From Eledone cirrhosa (Eukaryota), in the NCBI GenBank assembly GCA_964016885.1, contig OZ024741.1, positions 36,456,001 through 36,520,000 of the forward strand: a DNA stretch of 64,000 bases, in the 5' to 3' direction. Position 1 is the first letter of the stretch, and every line of letters begins with the position of its first letter. Shown here piece by piece: positions 49,801-62,500 of this stretch. The notes beneath the pieces were generated by a model, which saw nothing but the letters and a program-made list of their open reading frames with translations, did not search any database and was not told the DNA's origin. The translations under genes and the position numbers were made by a program.

Positions 49801-52800
49801 TATAGTCTCAGTCGGTTGCTATTTGTCGTGACACCTACACGGCCACCTTATAGTCTCAGTTGGTTGCTATTTGTCGTGACACCTACACGGCCACCTTATA
49901 GTGCTAGTTGGTTGCTATTTGTCGTGACACCTACACGGCCACCTTATAGTCTCAGTGGGTTGCTATTTGTCGTGACACCTACACGGCCACCTTATAGTCT
50001 CAGTTGGTTGCTATTTGTCGTGACACCTACACGGCCACCTTATAGTGATAGTTGGTTGCTATTTGTCGTGACACCTACACGGCCACCTTATAGTGCTAGT
50101 TGGTTGCTATTTGTCGTGACACCTACAGGCCACCTTATAGTGCTAGTTGGTTGCTATTTGTCGTGACACCTACAGGCCACCTTATAGTGCTAGTTGGTTG
50201 CTATTTGTCGTGACACCTACAGGCCACCTTATAGTGCTAGTTGGTTGCTATTTGTCGTGACACCTACAGGCCACCTTATAGTGCTAGTTGGTTGCTATTT
50301 GTCGTGACACCTACACGGCCACCTTATAGTGCTAGTTGGTTGCTATTTGTCGTTACACCTACAGGCCACCTTATAGTGTCAGTTGGTTGCTATTTGTCGT
50401 GACACCTACACGGCCACCTTATAGTCTCAGTTGGTTGCTATTTGTCGTGACACCTACACGGCCACCTTATAGTCTCAGTTGGTTGCTATTTGTCGTGACA
50501 CCTACACGGCCACCTTATAGTCTCAGTTGGTTGCTATTTGTCGTGACACCTACACGGCCACCTTATAGTCTCAGTTGGTTGCTATTTGTCGTGACACCTA
50601 CACGGCCACCTTATAGTCTCAGTTGGTTGCTATTTGTCGTGACACCTACACGGCCACCTTATAGTCTCAGTTGGTTGCTATTTGTCGTGACACCTACACG
50701 GCCACCTTATAGTCTCAGTTGGTTGCTATTTGTCGTGACACCTACACGGCCACCTTATAGTCTCAGTTGGTTGCTATTTGTCGTGACACCTACACGGCCA
50801 CCTTATAGTGCTAGTTGGTTGCTATTTGTCGTGACACCTACACGACCATCTTACAGTATGGGCAGAATCAATAATTAAATTATTTTTAAACATTTTTAAA
50901 CGAAATAAAACCAATTGGGATGGAGATGGCCCTCCACAAAAATGAGCACTGCAAGTTGGATTGTCTCTGTCAACACATCTCCCATGCCATTCTCTGTCTG
51001 ACATTACTCAACCATTTGAAGGCCATTTTCCCGTTAAAGCAGGGGTTAGCCTTGTGGGCCTCATGGCAAGCTTCAAATTCATCATGGAATCTTTTTTGAG
51101 ACAATGTTTCACAGCTGGATACCCTTCCTGCTGCCAATCCTTGCAGGGATACAGTGTACCTATTTTCTCTCTATATATAAATATACATATGTGTATTGTG
51201 TATGTTTATATATATATATATGTGTGTGTCATCATCATCATCATCATCATCAATGTTTAACGTCCGTGTTCCACGCTTGCATGGGTTTGGACGGGGGTAG
51301 TCCCACTTGAAGCAAGAGTGATTGTCTTGCTCGCATAGGACTGTCTGGCAGGTTTTCTACAGTTGGATGCCCTTCCTAACACCAACCACATTTACAGTGT
51401 GGGTCTGGGAGGTTTTTACCGTGTTGCCTACACGGCCACATTACAGCGTGGACTGTGTGTTTTTTTGTCGTGACACCTACACAATCTCATTTGTTTCGGC
51501 CAGGATGGCGCGGCACCAACATAACTTTACATAGAACGGGGTGGTGTGGATGGGGTGGGGGTGGTGGGACGGGGTGTATTTTGTTAGAGATGCCTACTGG
51601 CTGTAGTAGGTTTTACTATGTATTTAGGTAAGGCGGGTCTTCTCTGTTACTGAGTACCGCCAAAGGTCTCGGTCCAGTGACATTGTCTTGGAGAGGTGTA
51701 AGTGTGTGAGGTCGGAGTTTATCAGCTCGTCCCAGGTTTTTCTAGATCTGCCTATTCCGTGGCTACCGTCTATCTTTATTGCCCTGCACTTTGTTATACA
51801 GCTATCGACTTTCATGCGCATCACGTGTCCATACCAACGTAGCCTTCTCTCGAGTAAACAACATCTGATCCCTCTTATTTCTAATTTTTTCCTTAGTTCG
51901 TTTATGCTTTGCCGTTCACGTATATTACTGTTACACATCCAGCGGAGCATGCAAGCTTCGTTCCTCTCTAGTCTGCGTATATCCTCTGCACACAATGCCC
52001 AGGTCTCACTGCCATGCAACATTGCTGTTCGTATGCAGGCATCGTACAACCTGCCTTTCATTTTTAGGGAGAACCCTTTAGCAGCTAATAGTGGTATAAG
52101 CTCTCTGAACTTTTTCCAACCAGTTCTGACTCTAGCTACTGTACTTTCAGAGCACCCTCCCCCACTGCTGATTTTATCGCCCAGGTAACGGAAGCTGTCC
52201 ACTATTTCTATAGAACCCTCTGCGCAATTGAAAGAGCTAGTGTGCATATATATATATATATACGGTGGTAAGAAACTCTCTTCAGAGAAGAACCCCCCCT
52301 TCCACCAAGTTTTTCGGCCTTTAACTTCTTACACTCTAAGGGGGCTTGGCTGCATCCCGGTCATGACTCCTGGGTGCCTTTTAGTCATTCGGATATCAGA
52401 GAATTGTGTATTTAAACCATATGGGGATTTTGTTGACAGGATCTAGCTGGAACTCCTCTCTGTTGCTTTCAGTGTTGTACAATTACATAATATGTATTTC
52501 TATGGCTGGCTTACGTCATCAGATCATGATGCAAGACAATCGGCAACATCATCAGATGTAATGATCATAAAAGAATTAAAAAGATTTGGTTCAATAATCT
52601 TTACTGGTTTACAACAAAATATAAACAAAGAATTTGGCTGTCTGTCATAGTGATGGCATTGCTAGCAGAGCCACCTCCTAAGTCCACACAGGTTAGATGA
52701 CTACATCTTGCTTATATGTTTCATTTTTGGCTTGTTTGCTGGATGCCCTTCCTAACACGAACAGCAGAATAGGTGAGCAGTACAAAATATGAAAATATAC

Positions 52801-55800
52801 AAAAAAAAAAGTAAAAATATTGAAGACAAAAAAAAATAGGAGACTAGGTGTAATGCATTCAGACTATTTTTTTTTAAATTTTAATTCTAATCCTGTTGTC
52901 TATACAGGTCAAGTAATTTCTACAAAACGGGAAGACCTACGCAACGTCTTAGACAGTTTTAACATCCTTGTTGATAACCCTGTGGTCATCTTAAACCAAG
53001 AAATCAGTCGCAGCTTCTTACAATCAAAGAAGGCTAGTGACAAGTACAGAGTAAGTTACCTTTTTTATTTACCATTTCTGAAATAATAAATCTCTTAATT
53101 GGGTAAACCTATTTCATTGCCAGGTTTAACACCACTGCCTGACCTTTGTAGCAGAGTCCACTCTATTACAAATATTTAGACATGGTTTGAGGATACATTT
53201 CTCCCCCTGCTCCTTTGAATCAGTCTTGGAGACTCTAAAAAGTGTCACAAGTACTACACCCCCCACCTCCTGATTAACAGTATAATAGAAGCATGGCTAT
53301 AATCTAATGACTGGAACAAGTAAAACAATAAAAGTGTATTCTAATATGTAAAAATTTGTTGGCAGTGCAAAATAAATAATAAATGTATTATTGTTCTTTC
53401 AATCAGTTTTTCCTCCAAGCCACGCAACTTGCTCAAATCCAAGCAGATTATGATGAAATGAAGGTACAGAAGAACTCTGCAAAAGAAATTCTTGCAAAGA
53501 AAGAAGAGGTGAGGAACATTTTTCTGTGATTCCAGGCTTCTTTTTTTACTTTCCTCCCCAACTTCTTCATTTCTTTTCACTTTTCACCATCATATGAGTG
53601 GAATTTGGTAGATGGAAACTGCTGAAGCCTGTCATATATATATATATATGAGTGTGTGTCCATGTTTGTGTTTACATTTGTGAATTCATGTGGTTTAATG
53701 GATAAAGAATTAAATTCGCAATCGTGAGGTTGCAAGTTCAATTCCTGGACCGGGTGATGTGTTATGTCCTTGAGCAAGACACTTCATTTCATGTTGCTCC
53801 TTCTGCCAGGAGTTGCGACCAGTAGATAGTATCAGTAATGGGAAGACCAATGGAAACATTGTTTCCTTGGTCTGATTTGACGAACTCCACCCCACTCGGT
53901 AAGCGAATGCGGTCTGGGATCTTGTCGATTGATTCCTTTCTTCCTTGTGTCTTATAACTTGGCACTTTGACAAAGAAAAGATCGATAAATTAAGTACCAG
54001 AATTGCAAAAAATGATTATTGGTATCAATATAATCAGTTAAATGAAGGTGGTGTCCCTGCATGGCTTCAGATTACTGACTGGAACAAGTAGAATAAAAGA
54101 ATCATCATCATTTCATGTCTGCTTTCCATGTTGATATGAATTGAACAAGCTGTCACAATTGGTATTGGTTCTTAGTTGGATCGCAGGACGATATCTCACC
54201 CATATGTTGCATTTTTGTCATAGTTTTTATGGCTGGATGCCCTTCTTATCACCAACCACTTTACAGGGTTCAGTACTACAGCCACCACACACAATCGAGT
54301 ATAATTTTGTTGTTATTTTACATGTATGTGTGCATGTGTATATGACACTAATTATATTCACACCTTGCATATGTATGTATACCACCTCACTAGTGCTGAT
54401 GTCGTGGTAAGTGCACTCTTTACACTCTGTCATGTGGTTGGCATCAGGAAGAGCATCCTGCCAGTGAAAGCTTTCAAACAAAGGGTTGTGAAGACTCGTC
54501 AATTGTGTCAAAAACATGATAGCCGTTCTAGTGCTGGTAACACTAGAGTACACTGTAAAGTACGAGAATGTATATAAACATGATGCAGCCCCTGACATAA
54601 AGTGGAAAAAAGCACCCAGCCTCACTGTCAATGTGCTTGACATTAGGAAGGGCATCCAGCTGTAGAAACCTAGCCAGAAACACCCCCTATATGAGCGAGA
54701 CACGGTCACCCGACGCAACTTTCCTCAAAATAGGACTTGTCTAACCCATGCTAGCATGGAAGATGGACATTAATCAATGATGATGATGATGACTCGTAAC
54801 TACACAGCCCTGCTAGTTTGTTAAATGCATTTTTTTTCTTTCAGTCTTTCCCTGAGTTGGAATCAGAGGTGAAAGAATGGGAGAAAAAGTATAAAGCTTT
54901 TTCTGCGCTTGAGAACCAGAAAGGGAAAATCAAAGCCCTGAAATCTGAAATGGCATGGTCTTTTGTCATCGAAAAAGAATCGGTTAGTTTGTTTGTTTAT
55001 TTTTCTTCTACTTGGTGGGTACAGAGGAAGGACCAGTGCCCATAACCAACACAGTTGCTTTAAGACTGGAGAAATTGATGTAATTGATGTTCAGTTTAAA
55101 TTATTGCAGGTTCACTATTTTTGAGAAAGACATGAGCAGGGAGGGACTTCTAGGTAGGAAGGACTGGGCATAGTGGCTAATGTTTAATTGTTTCTACTTT
55201 GGGCACAAGGTCAGTAATTACTCCCATGCATTACTGGTGCTTTATTTTATCGACCCCGAAAGGATGAAAGGCAAAGTTAACCTCAGCGGGATTTGAACTC
55301 AGAACGTAAAGGGCCATGTTTCTATGCTGCAAAGCATGGTGTCTGACGCTCTACCGATACTGTAGGTCAACACAGGCCCATTGAGACTGGAGTGATTGAT
55401 GTTCTGTTTAAATTGTTACAGGTCTTTGGGAAAGACAACGAGGTATGAAGGACTGAGCATAGTGGCTAATGCATAACAGTAGGTCTTGAGGAAGGGGCAG
55501 TATCTATGGCCAAACATAGGCTCTTTGAAACTGAAGTGATTGAAGTTGTTGATGTTCTGTTTAAAGTGTTTACAGGTCCACTCCTGATCAGGAAGATGAT
55601 TGGCCCCATTACAAATGTGAAGCTTGTCATGAGGCCCAAATTGCCAATACCATGCATTTTACAGGGAGAAAATGGCCTCAAAATGGTTGTTGGTAGTGTT
55701 GCTTTATGGTCCTGTCAGACAGAGTATGGCAAGGGGATGTGATGAAAAAAACAATTCAACTTGCAATGCATCATTTTAGTGGAGGGCCAACTCCATCCCA

Positions 55801-58800
55801 ATCAGTTTTATTTTGTTTAAGAATGTTTCTCCTGCCTCTGCTCTTTCTACAGATACTACAATGTATCTGAGACTGGACCTTATCAAAAAGTGACTATAAA
55901 CTAATTAATCAAGTAGCTTTTTTCTGAATACAGTCAAGTATGTTTGTGTGTATGTATGAGCAACAGCAACACTGCCCCAGATACTGGAGCAAAACTCCAT
56001 TGTGGTTCATAACAGCTTTGTAGAAGGTTATTTGAATTCCTTTGTACCCTGTTCCTTTTGTCTTGGTTCTTAGTGAAGTCGTGGTTTCTCGTACTTTGAT
56101 ATAAAAAGAGTTAACTTCACACAATAAATGTTTCATCACCATTTTTATTCTCTTTGTTGTAGTCATCTTCATTTTTATCTTTTTCTTCTTGTTCTCATTC
56201 AACCCTTTCTTCATTTCCTCCTCTTCTCATGCTCCCCCTTCTCTTTATTCTTCATTACATCTCTTTCTCCTTTTTTCCTCCCCCTCCCTTATAAACACCC
56301 ATCATCATCACCACCACCATCAGCAGCAGCACTATCACCACCATCACCACTAGTCGCCAGCATCATCATCATTGCCATCATGTCACCACCACCACCATCA
56401 TCAACATTTCTAAAGTCATCTTTCATTCCTTTTATGTGTCTGCACTTCCTCACTCCCATTTCAGAACCTGAAACAACATTTACAAGAAAAAGCTGCTGAA
56501 GAGGCTCGGCTACCGAAATTTGAACAGAAAGTCACAGAAAGCAATGTATGTATAAGGATATTTTTAATCAATCTTAATAATATGCTATGTGTGTGTGTAT
56601 GTATATATATACATATATAATATTTAATGCAAACTATGGGAACACAAGAGATGTAGGATCTCAGGAAGTTTAGCTAAGAATGTAGACTTTACATGTAGCA
56701 GTTGCACCAGGACAGTAAGCAGCAAACAGCCACAGGAAACAAGCAGTACCAAATTCTGGGAGGGCCCTGTAGAAACAGTAGACAGCTTCTGCTACCTAGG
56801 TGACGGAATTAGCAGTGGAGGTGGGTGTTCTGAAAGTACAGTAACCAGAGTAAGAACGGGATGGAAAAAATTCAGGGAGCTACTACCACTGTTAGCTGCA
56901 AAAGGCTTTTCCTTCAAAATGAAAGGCAGACTGTATGATGTGTGCATACGAACAGCAATGTTACATGGTAGTGAGACCTGGGCGGTGTGTGCAGAAGACT
57001 TGCGTAGATTAGAAAGAAACGAAGCTTTGCACTGATGGGTGTGTAATAGTGATATACATGAACGGCAAAGCATTAACGAATTGAGAAAGACTAAGCATGG
57101 ATATGTAATGCATATGAAGGATGACAGCTGTAAAAAAAAGAAGCTGACCTTGCCCAATTGCACCTCTCAAAGGTGATGACACAGGACTCAGACCTCTGCT
57201 GTTACACAGTAATACAGAAGACCCGACTTCCCACGGGTACAAGCTGAAGCTGAAGCATGTAGACAGTATGCCCCCAACCCCCTACCACTGCAAAGTGGTC
57301 ATGTAGGTGTCATGACAAAAAAGCACCCAGTCCACTCTGTAAAGGGGTCGTGTAGGCCCCATGGTAAAAGCACCCAGTACTCACTGTAAATGAGGTTGAT
57401 GTTAAGAAGGGCATCCAGCTGTGGAAATCAAGCCAAAATCAGTTCTGTATGAGCAAGACATGGTCACCTGACCTGGCATTACCCACAACAGGACAACTCA
57501 TCTAATCCATGCTAGTGTGGAAGAATGGACGTAAAACGGTGATGATGACATACACACACATATATATCTATAATATAATCAAGGGAGGAGTGCGGGACAG
57601 CGTCTGTTTTATAATGTTTTATCCCGTTAGTAAAATAAGTTGGATTACTTTGAATAAATAATAAATGAATATTATGTAATTTATCTACTAATTTTGGTAG
57701 CTGTTGATTAAACATAAATATTCTTATATATAAAGTATTGCTTATTTTAAGATTCATTTCTTTAAAATTTTCAAATGTCAATACTTCCGGTTAACGTCCG
57801 TTATATTATAACACTTATAACATCGCTCATCTAAACGTTCATATAGTTACATCGTTATATAAGGTTTATATTTAGGTCGCTAATTTTCTACTTTTCCGTT
57901 TTCATAACATTTTAGTTTATCATATATGCAGTTTATATATAATATCGTCTTCTTTTAAACGTATTATAGATTACTTTATTGATTACAGAAGAGAGTGTAA
58001 CACAGACTTCGTTTAATTTCTGTGCATATTGTCAATTACGATTTATGATTTCATTTGACATATCATATCTACATGCATATATATTTACTTATAATATCAA
58101 TATGCACACTACACATGCTAGCATGGTTTTTCTGCTATATATGTAATGAATAAGAGAGAAGGTTTTATTTGTACATCTTTTTATTATTGCAGTGGATTGG
58201 CAGTATCGGTAGAGGGTCGGACGTCATGCTTTGATGCATAGAATTACGGCCCTTTCCATTCTGAGTTCAAATCCCGCCGAGGTCAACTTTGCCTTTCATC
58301 CTTACAGGGTCGATAAAATAAAGTACCAGTAATGTACTGGGTAATTGCTGGCCTTGTGCCAAAAGTAGAAACAATTATAATTTGTTGCTTTTTGTTGCTT
58401 TTTTTCTTTTCCTTCTAGATGAAACTTCAGGAAACTAAAGAAAAGGTTGAAAAATTAAAAAGCAAATCCAAGGATTTAGTATTGCAGGAGAAATCCCTTT
58501 TTCCGGAACTTGCCAAAGGAAAGGAGAAGTTAACTAACAGTAAAGCCACATTACGATCTAAAGGGGTTAAGTGACATTTATATATCTTTTCTGTTACATC
58601 TCTCTATCTCCCTATTCTTTCTCTTGGTCTCTCTCCCCACCCTTCTCTCTCTCAATTTGTCTCCTTTCTCCCTCTCTCTGAAATTAATGAGTCAACAATT
58701 TTGAAATTAATGATAAGGATAAAAAAAACAACATAATTGGACCTTCATCAATTTCAACGATGAGTGCTTTAGTTGTTCAGAATGGCCTCCTTGTGAAGTT

Positions 58801-59537
58801 AATGTGTCAATAGCTTAGGATGATTATTGCATAAAAATCAAGATACCAGACATTGAAAAGCAAGCAGACTGAGTTGGTAGTGTCATTGACAGCCAATGCA
58901 AAGAAGAGTGAACTGAGTGAATCACCTTGTTGTACACATGTGATATTCTGTATGAATGCTGTATTTTGTCACAGGCCCATGCATAATTATTTTGTTATCA
59001 TTCTTGTGAGTTTATAATACACACATCAAAAATTTAGAGCATATGTTTTCATTAAATGGAAACGAGGCAAATCAGCAACAAATATTATTGGAGGAGAGTG
59101 GAAATAACAATGCTCCTGCAAATTTAACCATTTATCATTGGGTGAAAAAATTCAAAGATGGCAGTAGATCATCACTTATTGATGCACCTTGTTCTGGCCG
59201 TTCTTGCACAACCACTATTCATGCCAACATTCAACTCATTCAAAGTATCATTGATGCAAAACCAAAACAATCATTGTGTTGCATTACACATGTTACTGGA
59301 ATAAACAAAGAAAATTTGTTTTCACTTCATTAGAAGAGGTGATGGATGAATCATTGCACTGATTTCGACAATTGCCGAAAGAATGGTTCCAGAAAGAGTT
59401 AAATGCTTTGTATAAGCACTGTAAAGATGTTATTGCATTCAATGGAGATTATGTTTCGCAGAATAAATGAATTTTAGTTTCAATATGTTGGGCATTTTCA
59501 TTTAAAGGGTTATTCTAAGGACTTTATTGCCACGCCA

Positions 59538-59592
<55 letters not shown>

Positions 59593-62500
59593 GAAACGAA
59601 GCTTATCGAATAGAATGGACATAGCTTTGGTCGTTTCCTCACTCACTCAATAATCTAATAAGTCTGTATTATTAAAATTCAAACCCAACTGATTAGCGTG
59701 CACACATACATTAATCACACATGTTATTATTATCATCATCATCATCATCATCATTTTACGTTCACTTTTCCCTGCTTGCAAGGGTGGGACGGGAACTGAT
59801 TCTGGCTTGATTTCTACAGCTGGATGCCCTTCCTAACACCAACCTCATTTACAGTGAGTGCTGGGTGGAATGATAGGGACCACAGTCCCTATCATTTCAT
59901 TTCTACAGCTGAGTAAAATGGAGCAATGTGAAATAAAGTGTCTTGCTCAAGGAAACAACACATCACTCAGTCTGAGAATTGAACTCACAACCTTTCAATT
60001 GCAAGTCCAATGCTCTAACCACTAAGCCATGTGCCTCCATGTTATATATTTATTTATATATATATAATGTAAATATATTATCACATTAACTTACTATTGG
60101 TAAACACCATTATCAGTGTCTATTATTGTTGTTTTATAATTTTCAGATAGAAATCAAGAAATTTGAAAATAACATTCGGAACTGTGAACGTGATGCAAAA
60201 CAAATTAAAGAAAGAATTCATGAAATTAAAAATAGGTATAAATAACATTGTTTTACCTGTGTAATATGTCTATATGTGTGGTAGGTCTATGTTTGGCCTA
60301 TCTAACAATGTGTAGTAGGTCTAACTATTGGTGACAGGTCTAAATGTGGATGATAGGTCTAACTATGAGCTTGGTCTATGTGGTGGGTATAACTATGGAT
60401 GGTTTGTCTATCTCTAAATAGTAGGTCTAACTATGAGGTTGGTCTATGTGATAGGTATAACTATGAATGGTTTGTCTATCTCTGAATAGTAGGTCTAACT
60501 ATGAGGTTGGTCTATGTGATAGGTATGGCTATGAGGTTAGTCTATGTGAGATAGGCCTATGTGGTATGTTTAACTATGAATGGTACGTCTATTTGGTTGG
60601 TCTAATTATGATGTAGGTCTAACTATAAAGTAGCTCTAACAATGGATAGTAGGTCTGTGTGGTATGTTTATCTATAAATGTTAGATCAAACTGTGGTATA
60701 TCTAACTCAGTTATAGGTTTTGCTATGTAGTAGGTCTAACTATGTGGTAGGTCTATGTAAAGAAATTGTAAAGGTCTAACTGTGGGTGATGGGTCAAAGA
60801 TTTGTGTTCATGATCAGCATCATAATCTCACATCTCTCAATCGTCCCAAAGTTATTAAATCTATGTCATTTTAATTTTATATATCTCTGTTTCAGTGATG
60901 TCCAACTGAACTATGAGGTGGAGAAGAAGAAGAGAGAGATGAAAATTAAGTCCCTGAAAAATACTGTTGATGAGTTTTCAAAACAGAAACACACCTATGA
61001 GGTCCAGCTTGAAGTACTTCATGAGGCAGTATCAAAGTACAAGAATGAAAAATCTCGCTTTGAGTAAGAAAATCGCCATCATCATCATTTTTACATGTTA
61101 TTTTTTATACTTGTTGTGTTCCTTCGTCATCTCCATTGTGAGGTTTAGCATTTTGAGATTAGCTTTCCCCACTTCTCCCCAAGTTTTCCTCGGTCTTCCT
61201 CTTCTGCAGCTTCCTTCCACTTAGAACTTCTATCATTTAATTCCTCATCCAACATTCATCATCCATATGTATCACGTGTCCATACCAGCACCATCTTCTC
61301 TCTTACACTTTGCCTTTTATTTCTCCTAACAAAGGCTCTTACATAAAATTATAATGGAAGGTTTTTAAATAACTATAACTAAACCCTTTCTTGGAGAACC
61401 AGTAACAGTTTTGGTATCATATGGTTGATGTGTTTATTACAAAGTTTTTCTCTCTTTCTGTTGCTAGTACTGAATTAAGAAATATGAAAAGATCTGTTGA
61501 AAACAATCAAAGAGAACTGGATAATTTGAAGATGTCCGTGAAAGATAATTTGAGGAAATACGGTGCTCACATTCCCGATATCATGGCTAACATTGAAATG
61601 GACTTCAAACGGAAACGGTTCCACAGAAAGCCAGTTGGACCTTTAGGTAAATAGATAAGTACTTATGTGTCTAACATTTTATCAGTGTTTACATGAAGGA
61701 GCATGGGTGAGAGTTTCAGTCTAATATGTTAGGTGTGACACCTTGGTCTAATATGTTAGGTGTGACACCTTGGTCTATGTTGGGTGTGACACCTTGGTCT
61801 AATATGATAGGTGTTACACCTTAATCTATGTTGGGTGTGAGCTGTAACATGATAGGTCTTTGTGTGGGGCCTAACATTAAAACATTAGAGAAACCTCCTA
61901 TGAGATGCAATTTTGTAGGAGGTTAGCTAAACCTACGTAAGTGTGAGTTGTAACAACATGATAGGACTGGGTAGAGAGCCTATCATTAAAACATAAGAGA
62001 AACCTCCCATGAGATGCAACCTTGTAGGTCAACTAAACCTATATAGGTGTGAGCTGTAACAATATGATAGGACTGGGGCAGGGATTGGGTGCGGCTATCA
62101 TTAAAAAAGAAACCTATGCGATGCAACCTTGTAGGTCAACTAAACCTACATAGGTGTGAGCTGTAACAATATGATAGGACTGGGTTGGGGCTATCATTAA
62201 AACAGAAACCTCCTATGAGATGCAATTTTGTAGGAGGTCAATTATACCTACATATGTGTGAGATGTAAATTTCATTTTTATTTCAGTCAATTATGTTATT
62301 ATTATTAGGGCGGTGAATTGGCAGTATCGGTAGAGCGTCAGATACCATGCTTTACAGCATAGAGTTATGGCCCTTTGCGTTCTGAGGTCAAATCCTGCCG
62401 AGGTTAACTTTGCCTTTCATCCTTACGGGGCTGATAAAATAAAGTACCAGTAATGTGCTGGGATAATTGCTGGCCTTGTGCCAAAAGTAGAAACAATTAT

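Noticed and set aside
38910-50860. CRISPR-like appearance and long 16-aa-repeat ORFs in the two arrays
   Set aside because: No unique spacers, no cas genes, eukaryotic intron context; the ORFs arise because the 48-bp unit is a multiple of 3
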